A stretch of DNA of 64,000 bases, from IMG/VR virus record IMGVR_UViG_3300029305_004950, positions 61,430-125,429 of that record; one strand, written 5' to 3'. Under the pieces are notes generated by a model that saw nothing but the letters and a program-made list of their open reading frames with translations, had not been told where the DNA came from and made no database searches. The stretch comes from a virus. Taxonomy: Duplodnaviria; Heunggongvirae; Uroviricota; Caudoviricetes. The stretch's first letter is position 1. Each line of letters begins with the position of its first letter. A program made the translations under genes and the position numbers. Shown here piece by piece: positions 18,835 to 28,900 of the stretch.

Positions 18835-19202
18835 CCATTTCTCTGAATAATTGCTCTCATATTTTCTCTTCCTACAGGATTCATAGTATGAAGTCTAATA
18901 AGATAATTACGACCAGTTTCTTCAAGCCAATCAAGAATCTTGATATAATCACCACCATCAGAAGCATAATCTCCTGCATCATGGTCTAAATCAATAAGTT
19001 CAATATCAACATAGTTTGCTGTATTATAGCATCTATTTCTACCAGCATAATCTCTGTCTAAGAAACAATTATGACCTCTATCCATACATCTTTGAATACA
19101 ATCTTCAGTAGATTGAATGAACTTAATAGTCTCATTTACAGATTTGCACCAATGATATCCTTTAGGAGCAGGTCTTAAATCATCAACCCAAATCTTCTTC
19201 AT
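18816..19202 (-). CDS. cyclic-phosphate-processing receiver domain protein (start revised to 19202)
   Basis: IWVDDLRPAP ... IDLDHDAG..GGDYIKILDWLE ... HTMNPVGRENM. Confidence 0.8.
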   Translation of the reverse strand: MKKIWVDDLRPAPKGYHWCKSVNETIKFIQSTEDCIQRCMDRGHNCFLDRDYAGRNRCYNTANYVDIELIDLDHDAGDYASDGGDYIKILDWLEETGRNYLIRLHTMNPVGRENMRAIIQRNGWREVL

Positions 19203-19443
19203 TATTTTCCTCCGAATTTCTCCTTTGAAAATCTTTAATTTCATTCACGATTTCTTTGTAAACATGATACTTATCTACATGTCCACAACACATAGCAATA
19301 TCTTCAGAATTAAAAGAAGCAAAGTAACTACCTTTTCTATAAGGTGGAAAATTTTTATCTGGTGGTCTTTTATATTCCTTATCAATAACACCATGTTTAT
19401 TGATAAATCTTCGCATTTGTTTTAACTTTTTGCCTCTGTTCAT
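19183..19443 (-). CDS. hypothetical basic protein
   Basis: ORF in operon with RBS. Confidence 0.65.
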   Translation of the reverse strand: MNRGKKLKQMRRFINKHGVIDKEYKRPPDKNFPPYRKGSYFASFNSEDIAMCCGHVDKYHVYKEIVNEIKDFQRRNSEENNEEDLG

Positions 19444-19456
19444 ATATTTCTATCCC

Positions 19457-19585
19457 TTATTCATAAATCCATCTTGCTAACAGCTTTCCATGAACACATT
19501 TGTTAAAGATATAGATTCTTCTCCATCTTCCAAATGCATCATTTTCAATAGATACTCTAAAAATCTTTCTAAAAAACTTTTTCAT
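19457..19585 (-). CDS. 42-aa hypothetical protein, not in ORF track
   Basis: AAGGAG RBS; MKKFFRKIFRVSIENDAFGRWRR... Confidence 0.6.
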   Translation of the reverse strand: MKKFFRKIFRVSIENDAFGRWRRIYIFNKCVHGKLLARWIYE

Positions 19586-19598
19586 ATGTATATTCTCC

Positions 19599-19751
19599 TT
19601 ACATCTGTTCTTGTTGTTCCATTAACAAATCTTGAAAGAATTCATTTCTTTCTTTTTCACAAGGACGAATTTTACCTTCAGATTTACAGTTAGGATATCT
19701 TTCACTATCATCTTGCTTAAAGCAAGTACAATTTTCACAATGCAGGTACAT
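19599..19751 (-). CDS. 50-aa Cys-rich protein, not in ORF track
   Basis: AGAAAGGT RBS; MYLHCENCTCF... Confidence 0.6.
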   Translation of the reverse strand: MYLHCENCTCFKQDDSERYPNCKSEGKIRPCEKERNEFFQDLLMEQQEQM

Positions 19752-19786
19752 AGAAATTTTTACCTTTCTTTAAAATCATTATTTTA

Positions 19787-19996
19787 TTAATCTTTGTATA
19801 AACACAAGCATCCATTAATTGTATCAGTAGGATAGTTTTTTCCATCAATAGTTACATACTCTTTTACAATATTCTTTTTATAGCAAGGAATTGCCGTAAA
19901 GTCAAAAACTTCTTTATATTCTGTATCTACCATGCAATTAGTAGATAACTCTGTTCCGTCCTTATAAATGCAAGTAAATACAGCTTTCTTAATCAT
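19787..19996 (-). CDS. hypothetical protein
   Basis: AGGAGGT RBS. Confidence 0.75.
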   Translation of the reverse strand: MIKKAVFTCIYKDGTELSTNCMVDTEYKEVFDFTAIPCYKKNIVKEYVTIDGKNYPTDTINGCLCLYKD

Positions 19997-20029
19997 AATA
20001 CCTCCTATTAAAATTGCTCTTTTATATAC

Positions 20030-20182
20030 TTAATCTTGTAATCCAAATTGTTCATATAGCCTCCTCTGTACGTCTAACAAAGCTTCCCAATTTTCTTTAT
20101 CCGTATAATACATAGCAAGTTGGATTGTTGTATCTATTTTACATTTGATTTCACTTATATCATAAAATACATTTTTACTCAT
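20030..20182 (-). CDS. 50-aa hypothetical protein, not in ORF track
   Basis: GAGGTG RBS; MSKNVFYDISEIKC... Confidence 0.6.
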   Translation of the reverse strand: MSKNVFYDISEIKCKIDTTIQLAMYYTDKENWEALLDVQRRLYEQFGLQD

Positions 20183-20236
20183 ACTACACCTCATAAAATC
20201 ATCATTTTATTCCTCTATATATTTCAACACCAGATT

Positions 20237-20422
20237 TTATGCATGGTATCCAGTCGTAATTTCAATGATTCCTTCCCATTGATTTACAACCCAACTAAAT
20301 ACATATTTCTCAAGTAAATACTTTGGAATGAAATTACTATTTGTAAACATTTCTCCATCAATCTTCCACTTGACACCAGTATTTTTATTGGATAAGATAA
20401 ACTCTTTTACTTTTGCATTCAT
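20237..20422 (-). CDS. hypothetical protein
   Basis: GGAGG RBS. Confidence 0.7.
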   Translation of the reverse strand: MNAKVKEFILSNKNTGVKWKIDGEMFTNSNFIPKYLLEKYVFSWVVNQWEGIIEITTGYHA

Positions 20423-20423
20423 G

Positions 20424-20669
20424 TTAAGTCCTCCAATCTAATTTTTGACCACATTGACTACAATAGTGTTCAGATCTAAAGACAACCTTATCACAACAAG
20501 GACAACGATTGCTGTTGAATTTTTCACTTAGCTTAACTTTTTTGCCAATTTGTTTATTTGCAGCATATACTAAGATATCGATATCTTTAGTTGCAGGAAT
20601 TTCATTCTCATATACCTTTTCTGAAATTGAAAGTACTGCTTTTTTATAATCGTCTTCTTTAATTCTCAT
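20424..20669 (-). CDS. double zinc-ribbon phage protein
   Basis: CPCC..HYCSQCGQKLDW, similar to the 10614 ORF. Confidence 0.75.
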   Translation of the reverse strand: MRIKEDDYKKAVLSISEKVYENEIPATKDIDILVYAANKQIGKKVKLSEKFNSNRCPCCDKVVFRSEHYCSQCGQKLDWRT

Positions 20670-20877
20670 GTTTTAATACCTCTTCCAACTCATAACCATA
20701 AACATTCCAACTAGCACCATCATCAAAAACTACATCTATATCATACAATTCTTCATAATCTTCATCTTCAATATCTGCAGTACATTTCATTCCATCATGT
20801 GAAAGAAGCATTTTATGGATTCTGCCATTCCATGCTTGTTTGGTTTTATCATAATGAAAAATATATTCTTTCTTCAT
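20659..20877 (-). CDS. hypothetical protein
   Basis: AAGGTGG RBS. Confidence 0.7.
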   Translation of the reverse strand: MKKEYIFHYDKTKQAWNGRIHKMLLSHDGMKCTADIEDEDYEELYDIDVVFDDGASWNVYGYELEEVLKHEN

Positions 20878-20901
20878 TAGTTATTACCACCTTTTAAAAG
20901 T

Positions 20902-21078
20902 TTAATACAAATCACTTGCATTATGTACTCTTCCTGATGTATCGTATACTTTATATACAAATTCTCCACATTTAGTAGATATTTCGATATAATCAACAGT
21001 AATCAAGTTATTATTTTTCTTTTCTCTTAAATATCTTCCATGTTTATAGATCTCTACACTATATGTATAATATGTCAT
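20902..21078 (-). CDS. hypothetical protein (start revised to 21078)
   Basis: GGAGGT/AAGGT RBS before MTYYTY. Confidence 0.6.
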   Translation of the reverse strand: MTYYTYSVEIYKHGRYLREKKNNNLITVDYIEISTKCGEFVYKVYDTSGRVHNASDLY

Positions 21079-21088
21079 ATAAACCTTT

Positions 21089-21298
21089 TTACCTCCATCC
21101 ATGATTACCAGTAAATACTTCACCATCAAATAAAACTGTTTTATAAATTTTAGAAACACAAGTTTCACTATCAATAGAGTTAATCAGATTCCTAAGTTTT
21201 TTATTGGCTTCTTCTGCATCATGAGCTATTACGATAGCAACATCATCTCTATAATAAGCTCCATCATCTACTTCAAATTTAATTTGATATAAAAGCAT
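21089..21298 (-). CDS. hypothetical protein
   Basis: AGGAG RBS. Confidence 0.7.
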   Translation of the reverse strand: MLLYQIKFEVDDGAYYRDDVAIVIAHDAEEANKKLRNLINSIDSETCVSKIYKTVLFDGEVFTGNHGWR

Positions 21299-21333
21299 AT
21301 TTTATCTCCTATTAAAATCATTCTTTTATTTGC

Positions 21334-21540
21334 TTAAATCAACATAGCAACTTTTCTATCAAATCCGTTTGCCTTGAAAAGTTCCTTTTCCAAGTCTTGT
21401 ACAACAAAGTTCTTCTTTAGTTCTCCTTGTCCAAAACTTTCATATACCAGGTTTAAGGCTTCTTTCTTATTCTGTGCCTTTACTATATAGACACAATCGT
21501 TTTCTCCGTACACCACATATAACTTATGTTCCATAAGCAA
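21334..21540 (-). CDS. hypothetical protein
   Basis: GAGGT RBS. Confidence 0.7.
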   Translation of the reverse strand: MLMEHKLYVVYGENDCVYIVKAQNKKEALNLVYESFGQGELKKNFVVQDLEKELFKANGFDRKVAMLI

Positions 21541-21561
21541 TTACCTCTTAAAATCGTCATT

Positions 21562-21810
21562 TTATTCCCATACAAAATTTCTATATCTTTCAACATCCTT
21601 ATTAAGATCTTTAACTGTTTCATCGTAATAACCCAATATCTTTTTTAATAGTTCATTTTCTTCTTTACTTTTAGGAATACCAATTTTATTAATGTGATAT
21701 ACACACCACTTCAAAGTATATAGGTTAAGTTTCATAAGTTTTTTATGAGTAAATCTAAGTTTGAGTATAGCAAGCTTAAACTTTAAAAAATCCATTTTTT
21801 CTTTTAACAT
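21562..21810 (-). CDS. hypothetical protein
   Basis: AAGGAG RBS. Confidence 0.7.
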   Translation of the reverse strand: MLKEKMDFLKFKLAILKLRFTHKKLMKLNLYTLKWCVYHINKIGIPKSKEENELLKKILGYYDETVKDLNKDVERYRNFVWE

Positions 21811-21845
21811 TGTTATGTCTCCTTATATATCATCTACTATCGTGC

Positions 21846-22001
21846 TTATTCTGTATACAATGTATAGAATCCAGCAATATGATTGGTTTTATAAAATCTT
21901 CCTAAACTATCACATAGAATGAACTGAATGTCACCTTGTTCATCAATAAATGTTCCATAAGCGTCATAGATATTTCCACTTACATCTATTACCTTGAACA
22001 T
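21846..22001 (-). CDS. 51-aa hypothetical protein, not in ORF track
   Basis: AGGAGG RBS; MFKVIDVSGNIYDAYG... Confidence 0.65.
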   Translation of the reverse strand: MFKVIDVSGNIYDAYGTFIDEQGDIQFILCDSLGRFYKTNHIAGFYTLYTE

Positions 22002-22016
22002 ATGTTAATCCTCCTG

Positions 22017-22211
22017 TTATACAGCAATAGTAATTGCATTATTTACAGAGTTAATTCTAATGACTTCACAATCCATATACATTTCAATATTTTCCTTCCA
22101 ATATTCCTTAGTAGTTTCTGCCATCTTTCCATAAAAAGCAGTAATACAACCTACATAGATGACGATATTAGTTCCACCAGAAATAACTGCTAATACATCC
22201 TTTAAAGTCAT
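22017..22211 (-). CDS. hypothetical protein
   Basis: GAGGT RBS. Confidence 0.7.
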   Translation of the reverse strand: MTLKDVLAVISGGTNIVIYVGCITAFYGKMAETTKEYWKENIEMYMDCEVIRINSVNNAITIAV

Positions 22212-22267
22212 TGTTTTTTATACCTCTTTCTTAAAAAATAGTTAGAATGAAGACTTATAAAAAGTCT

Positions 22268-22444
22268 TCATTCATCCTTTACTTCTTCAATAGAACGAAG
22301 GATAGGCATATCCCATCCATATTCCTTAATAACCTTTTCTTTTGCAAAGATCTTTGCTTTTCTTTCAGTATTTGCTTTTACTTCAACAGTTACTTCATTA
22401 TTAGCACTCCAAAAGATTTCAAATCTTGCTTTCCATTTTTTCAT
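22268..22444 (-). CDS. hypothetical protein (start revised to 22444)
   Basis: GGGAG RBS before MKKWKARF. Confidence 0.6.
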   Translation of the reverse strand: MKKWKARFEIFWSANNEVTVEVKANTERKAKIFAKEKVIKEYGWDMPILRSIEEVKDE

Positions 22445-22448
22445 ATAT

Positions 22449-22730
22449 CTACTCCCATACTTCTTTTCTTTCCAAGCATCCTTCATAAACTTCTGGATGT
22501 CCAACTTCTTTGATACTTGGTTTATCATTATGTTGTAGACCACCAAATTCCTTTCCACATACAGGACATTCAAATGTTACCCAGTTGATATCATGCGCAT
22601 ATCTTAATGTATCAAAGGGTCTTTCTCCTTTTACAATATCCCATCCATGAAACCATTTTCCACATTTAGGACATTGTACTGCAATGTGTCTAATTGGTGT
22701 ACTTTCGTATTCTACTCTTACATTAAACAT
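22449..22730 (-). CDS. zinc-ribbon protein
   Basis: CPKC ... CPVC. Confidence 0.75.
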   Translation of the reverse strand: MFNVRVEYESTPIRHIAVQCPKCGKWFHGWDIVKGERPFDTLRYAHDINWVTFECPVCGKEFGGLQHNDKPSIKEVGHPEVYEGCLERKEVWE

Positions 22731-22741
22731 ATTTTACTCCT

Positions 22742-22987
22742 TTAATCAATCTTAAAAGATACAGTTTTACATTTAGGACAACCTAAGAGAATAACTTTTT
22801 CTGTATCAGGTAAACCCCAATCTACATCTTTAGATTTATCTGTTTCAAAAGTAGTAGTTCTTCCAATACTATTCTCAATTCTTATAAAGGATTCATCACC
22901 TTTAATGAATCCTTTATCCCAATCCCATTCTACTTCATATCCACAACAAGGACATTTATGTTCAATTCCATTTCCGTTAGCAAACAT
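22742..22987 (-). CDS. zinc-ribbon protein
   Basis: CPCC ... CPKC. Confidence 0.75.
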   Translation of the reverse strand: MFANGNGIEHKCPCCGYEVEWDWDKGFIKGDESFIRIENSIGRTTTFETDKSKDVDWGLPDTEKVILLGCPKCKTVSFKID

Positions 22988-23005
22988 ATGTAATTTCCTC
23001 CTTAT

Positions 23006-23443
23006 CTATTGCCATCCAATAATGTTACAAGAACAGTTTCTAATTGTAAAACCATCATTATTGATAGATTTTTCGATATACTTCTTAAAAGCATACCACT
23101 CATCTCTAGTTCTTTGTCTCATTCTATCTCTCAAATCACCAATTACAGTGATAACAACTCGTGTCTGATATTCACCATGAGGACACTTATATCCTTCAGG
23201 TGCATCACATTCAAATCCATCATCATAAAGTTTCCTTGTATCTTTATACTGACATGCAAGGCAGTCCATATTAGTAGAACAATTATAACCTGAAAGTACA
23301 TTTACAAAGACATCAGCAGAGCCTTCACTACCTGTAATCTCAGGTGCATCCTTTAAGAGTTCTTCAACTCTTGTTTTGACATCTTTATCATAAATGTAAG
23401 TTTCTACATCAAGTGTAGCTACAATATGTGTCCAAAAACTCAT
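23006..23443 (-). CDS. hypothetical protein
   Basis: GGAGGT RBS, 145 aa. Confidence 0.8.
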   Translation of the reverse strand: MSFWTHIVATLDVETYIYDKDVKTRVEELLKDAPEITGSEGSADVFVNVLSGYNCSTNMDCLACQYKDTRKLYDDGFECDAPEGYKCPHGEYQTRVVITVIGDLRDRMRQRTRDEWYAFKKYIEKSINNDGFTIRNCSCNIIGWQ

Positions 23444-23463
23444 TTTTATATAACCTCCAAACT

Positions 23464-24993
23464 TTAATAAATGAGATCTTCGTCATAGATAGTATGGTTA
23501 TCTAATAAAGAATCAAACCATGTATCATCCATATAGAAATTAGGATCATCATACTTTGAGTCTTCATAACATTCTTTAATTCTTTTGATGGAAGGATAAT
23601 TTTGGCTGTTTGCATTAAGGTAATTAAGGTGTTGTGTGAAATATTTTCTTCCTTTGTTTCTGATATCACAAACGATTTCTATTAGTTCTTTATAGTTATA
23701 TTCAGCTTTATTCTTTTGTACCTTTAGTTCTTTAATTTTACATTCTAGTTCTTTATTTCTATTTTCTAATGATATAATTACATTTCTAGAACTAATATAT
23801 TCTTTAATATAATTGCTTATTAAAGTTTCATTTTTAGATTCACTTTCAAGATTCTCTAACAACTTTTTATTTTTATTTTTAATATTAGTAATTTCATCTT
23901 TTAATCTTTTATTAGACGTATCCAATCTATCCATTTCACTTAAGTATTTAACATTACTAGTATTGATAGATTTAAGATAATTGATTGCATTAATTTCATC
24001 TCTAGTTACAATATAAAAATAAACCAATCTTTTTAATTTTTCTTTTTCATCTTTAGAAAGAGAATCGGCTTTTGTAGTTGTTTTCTTTAAATACGTTTCA
24101 AAATCAACAATCACATTTTCAATTTCATTTAATCTTTTATTTTTCTGAATAATAGTTTCTTCCAGTTGTTCTTTTTTACTAGTCAACTGTATGAATTCAG
24201 AAATAAGAAGATTAAATTCATCAAACTGATCTTTTCTGATAGTTTCAGATTCTTCTAATACCTTAGTAGCAGCAATAGCCCTAGCTTCTTCAATTTGAAC
24301 ATTAATAATGGTTAGCTCAGATAAAAGATTATTCTTACTATCATTAAAACTTTCAATTTCTTTCTGTAATTTTACTTTACTTTCACCAAGTTCTTTAATC
24401 TTTAAAGTAATTTCAGATAACTCATTTTTCAAAAGATTTAATGAATTTTCTTTTTCATTAAGAATTAGTTTAGCATCATCTATTCTACTTCTAAGGTTAC
24501 AAAGTTCTGAATTTCTTTTAGTTTTCTCACTAAGTTCTTTATCTAATTTTTCATTTTCCATCTTTAATCTTTTATTATCTTCAGCTAATTGAATATTTCT
24601 GCTTTTAGCTATTCCTAATTCTTGTTCTACTGCTAATTTAGCTTTTTCTAAAGTTTTAAAGATAACTTTTTTATCTGCTATTTCCTCATTAACAAATTCG
24701 GAAAAATCAATTGCAGGTGCAGCTTCTTTTGAGACATTAGTAATAAATGAATAAGTTTTTTCAATTCTATCATATCTGTATCTTGATAGAAAATTTTTTG
24801 AACTATAAAATACGATATTTCTTGGAAGGTCGTTTATAAAGTCTAGCAGATATTGTTTACTTTGAGTGTTCTTCTTGTAAACAGATCCTATTAGTTCTAC
24901 GGTCTTTTCATCACAATCTTCTTCAAACAATCTTATCATGCCATCATAAGGATTATTTAGACCAAATACATAATACTGAACGTTTTCTGACAT
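23464..24993 (-). CDS. long coiled-coil protein
   Basis: heptad-rich central region; first gene after an early promoter. Confidence 0.8.
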   Translation of the reverse strand: MSENVQYYVFGLNNPYDGMIRLFEEDCDEKTVELIGSVYKKNTQSKQYLLDFINDLPRNIVFYSSKNFLSRYRYDRIEKTYSFITNVSKEAAPAIDFSEFVNEEIADKKVIFKTLEKAKLAVEQELGIAKSRNIQLAEDNKRLKMENEKLDKELSEKTKRNSELCNLRSRIDDAKLILNEKENSLNLLKNELSEITLKIKELGESKVKLQKEIESFNDSKNNLLSELTIINVQIEEARAIAATKVLEESETIRKDQFDEFNLLISEFIQLTSKKEQLEETIIQKNKRLNEIENVIVDFETYLKKTTTKADSLSKDEKEKLKRLVYFYIVTRDEINAINYLKSINTSNVKYLSEMDRLDTSNKRLKDEITNIKNKNKKLLENLESESKNETLISNYIKEYISSRNVIISLENRNKELECKIKELKVQKNKAEYNYKELIEIVCDIRNKGRKYFTQHLNYLNANSQNYPSIKRIKECYEDSKYDDPNFYMDDTWFDSLLDNHTIYDEDLIY

Positions 24994-25047
24994 CTTAGTA
25001 AAATCTCCTTTGTAATTATAGAATTTTTATTTAGGTTTTTACTAAGA

Positions 25048-25080
25048 TAAGAATATATACTTAAATTTTCAATAAATACG
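25048..25080 (-). promoter_or_regulatory. early promoter CGTATTT-N14-TATATATTCTTA
   Basis: conserved bipartite motif heading the 24993-17743 operon. Confidence 0.7.
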
Positions 25081-25121
25081 AAAAAATTTGAGATAATGGA
25101 AATAAATCCATTATCTCAAAT
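25081..25121 (-). terminator. intrinsic terminator
   Basis: 15-bp stem ATTTGAGATAATGGA/TCCATTATCTCAAAT. Confidence 0.85.
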
Positions 25122-25155
25122 ATTAAACAAATTGTCAATAGTTTAAGTATACATC

Positions 25156-25911
25156 TTAAGCGTAGATGTAATAGTATATTGTGCAGCTCTTTAAGTTACT
25201 GAAATAGGGTTCACTGGCAAAGTTTAGTCTAGTTGCAATTTCAATGTTATCCATACGGTCAATAACATTAGTCTTAATAGGATTAGCAATACATAATGCA
25301 ATCTCATTTACAAAAGTATTACGCTTGAATAATACATTATCATTTTCATCATAATCTAGAACAGTTTTGAAATCATCTTCGGTAATCTTTAAAGTAATTT
25401 TTAGAGCAATTTCATCCATCTTACCATACTCATTAGTATTAGTAACCCATTCTAGTTTTTCAAAAGTTTTAGCATAATAATAAGTATAACCTTGATTGTA
25501 ATTATCTTTAATTGCAGTAGGAATTTCACCATAATAACCTTCAGGTCTATCAGTACCATCTTTTACTGCAATAAAAGGAATTTCTTCGCCTAATGCAGTA
25601 CAATCAGGATCAATGGATAATAGATTAAAAGGTTCACCAATTACACAACCACCACGACCAGCTTTCCATAGACAAATCTTCTTAGAAGCTAAATCAGTTT
25701 TATTAAAACCACTAATTTCATTTTCCTTATTAAACATCTTCTCTAGTGCAAAGGTTCTACCACGAAGAACAACTAGGTTATCCTTTTCTAGAACTACTTC
25801 ACCAGAAACATCATCAACTACAACTACATGACCCTTACAAAAAGTTAAGGGCTTATTATCAATCTTATCTTCAAAGTTTATAGGCTTTTCATGAAGGATT
25901 AATTCTTTCAT
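25156..25911 (-). CDS. putative baseplate or tail structural protein
   Basis: late promoter; NLVVLRGR..AG.GG pattern like tail-fibre/baseplate N-terminal domains; downstream of wedge gene. Confidence 0.5.
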   Translation of the reverse strand: MKELILHEKPINFEDKIDNKPLTFCKGHVVVVDDVSGEVVLEKDNLVVLRGRTFALEKMFNKENEISGFNKTDLASKKICLWKAGRGGCVIGEPFNLLSIDPDCTALGEEIPFIAVKDGTDRPEGYYGEIPTAIKDNYNQGYTYYYAKTFEKLEWVTNTNEYGKMDEIALKITLKITEDDFKTVLDYDENDNVLFKRNTFVNEIALCIANPIKTNVIDRMDNIEIATRLNFASEPYFSNLKSCTIYYYIYA

Positions 25912-25943
25912 TGTATTAGAACACCAACTTTCTTTTAGTTTCT

Positions 25944-25955
25944 CATTTATATGTT
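25944..25955 (-). promoter_or_regulatory. late promoter motif AACA-TATAAA-TG
   Basis: upstream of 25911. Confidence 0.55.
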
Positions 25956-28900
25956 AGAAGGTTAGAGTGATTTCTGTATCTAACCCATCGTTTAATGTAA
26001 CAATTGCAGTAATAGAATCTTTTAGATTAACTCCACTTACTAATCCATTAGTATTTTCTATATTAGAAATTTCATCATTGATAGTAAATAAATCAGAACG
26101 TCTATTACAGTTTTCTAAAATTTTCTCTAAGACAAATTTTATTTGAGATATATCGTCTAAAGTTAACTCATGAGATATAGATAACTTATCAATTAGTTCA
26201 GATAGTATAGAAACGTAACCAATATTACTTTCATTACGAGTCATATCTAATAAAGCATACAATTCGCTCTTATAATCAGTTACTAAAAATTTCTTTATAA
26301 TATCTTTAATATCTATAAACTCATTATTTTTAGTATTTAAGATAACTCTTAGTTTTAATAAATCTTGTAGGGTAGGAATAACATCTACAAAACCCTGATT
26401 ATTTAAAACTCTAATCTCATCTAATAGACTTTCTAAATCTGCAATGTAATCCTGACTATCCATAGCTATTTCTTCATGCATAAAGAAAGTATTATGAAAT
26501 TTTTCATCAAATAGTAAGATTGTATTTAAATCTCTTAATTGGACAGTATAAGATTTAATGAAATCTACTAATTGATAGATCAATTCTTTAATATAATCGT
26601 TTATTATAGTATTGCCTTGAATAATAAAATCAAATTCATCATCGTCTAAGTATGCTTCTATACCATTACATAGCTCTAATATATACTCATTGAAAATTAC
26701 TTCTCTATCAGCAGGATTATCTTCTACTGCAGACAATAACTTATCTATATAAGCTGCTATATGAGGATCATTATCCTTTAAATACTCATAAAAAGTTTTA
26801 TAAGTACCAAATAATTCATAACGATAATTACTAGTACAACAACAGTGATAAAGAGCCTGATAATATCTAAACACTCTATAATTTTGAGTTTCTAAAATAG
26901 TTTCTTCTATCTTTTTTCTAAGATTATTATCAGTTTTAAAAATATTTACAAATGTGGCTTGATTCATATTCTTATCACGATCAATTTGTATGAAATTATT
27001 ATTCTTATATTTTTCAATAGCAGCATTTGTTAGATACTTAATACTGTCTGGATTATGAATACCTCTTAGAGTATAGAAATCGAATGTAGGAGATGTATCA
27101 TAATTTTTTAAATAATCTTCTAATTCAGATTTAGATAATAAACCTTCTTTATTCCAACTTCTATAATATTCTATCTCATCTATTAAAACACTATTAGAGA
27201 AATCATATTGATCTATATAAGACATATAGATATTGATATTTTCTTCCATAATTTCAGAAAATTCATCATTTAATAATTTGTAAGTTAGATACTTGAAAAC
27301 TATATCACCAAATGTAAGATTTTTATTTTGTAAGTTAGTTCTAAATTCTCCTTCAGTTAAATCACCATTAAGATAATCTTCACACATACTCGTAATTAAC
27401 GTCTTAGTAATTAAATATCTTTCTTTAAATTCCATTGATTCTTTTAATTTTCTAGTAGAATTTAAATAAATGGTTGTATAATAATTAACTAAGATAGATC
27501 TATAAGATAAATTTTTTGGAATACTAGATTTAAATTTATTTAAGGTTAGTTTTCCATCCAAGAAATCTTTAGCCATTGTTTCGTATTCTTCAGAAAGTAT
27601 AAATTGTGAACTGAATTTATCAAATTCAGAAACTGTAATTTCATCTTCTAAAAATCTATCAATATATAGTTTTATAGTATCTAATTTAATGTAACTTTCA
27701 AATAAGTAACGTTCTGCAATTTTTTTAAATTCTTTTTCAGTAAAGTAAGTATAGTTTTTAAACTCTCTATAATTATCTATAATAGTATTTATATTAGTTT
27801 GATTAATAATACTTTCAAATAATTCAGGATGGTTAGTCTTAATATCTTCAAATTCTTTCTTACTCAATTTTAATTGAATATACTGTTGAATATAATAGTT
27901 AATTAAAACAGTATTTCTATCTAAATTATAATGTTGTAAGAATTGTTCAAATTCTTTTTCAATATCTTCTAATAAAATATTGATAATGTAACTAGAAATA
28001 GAGTCATTTTCTTTTAAAATATCAACAGCTACTATTTTTTCCATATATTTTTCTAAAGGATAGTCAATTTCTTTTATCTTATTAGAATCTATATACACAT
28101 AATAATCTTGTTTTATAGATTTTTGTAAGTTTTCAGGTAATAAATAGTAGAAGTTGTAATTCTTTTCTATATCCTTTTCAAGTTGTTCAATTAAATAAGT
28201 ATCAAAACTATAATCAGATTCAGTTAATTCCTCATTAGCTAAATAAGTCTTATAACGACAATCTATAAGATTTTGTAAATCACCATTAAGAATATCATAT
28301 AATCTAGATGATTTAGTCAATAGATATTTAGTAGTGAAATGATAAACATCATCTAATAAATCATTATAATTAAATCCATAAACTCTAGCAATAGCTGAAG
28401 GAGCTTTTACTATATTGTCTACATAATTATACTTTTTCATAACTAAACTATATAGACATAGTACAGCATTTAAAAGGTTTATTTTTTGAGGAGATACATT
28501 ATAGTTATAGAAATATAATTTATTTAATCCTATTCCATCTTTATTTTTATATTTTTCTTCTATTTGATAAAGAAGATTATTAAAGTTGGAAAAATCAATA
28601 CCAAATTTAGTTAGATTCATAAAACTATCAATAGAAATATACTTGGAATAAATAAAGTTAAATGAATCATTTAATACAGTTAGATATTGATCGTAATACT
28701 CATTATCATCAGAATTTTCACTAGATACATACCAGTATTTATCATCTTTAATAAATTCTTCATAATCATATACTATTGTATTTTTATCTTGTAAACCTTC
28801 TTCTATATTTTCAATTTCAACGTCCATACCATAAAAATGTAGACTAGGTTTATCAATTAAAATATTTCCTGCTGAGTCTTTTTCGTAATCTTTACATAGG

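Larger units (their letters stand above)
19771..21564. repeat. five TAAAA-N6-TTTTA palindromic junction motifs (19771, 20009, 20194, 21313, 21549)
   Basis: each lies between a stop codon and the next RBS; cores TCATTA, TTGCTC, TCATCA, TCATTC, TCGTCA. Confidence 0.75.
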
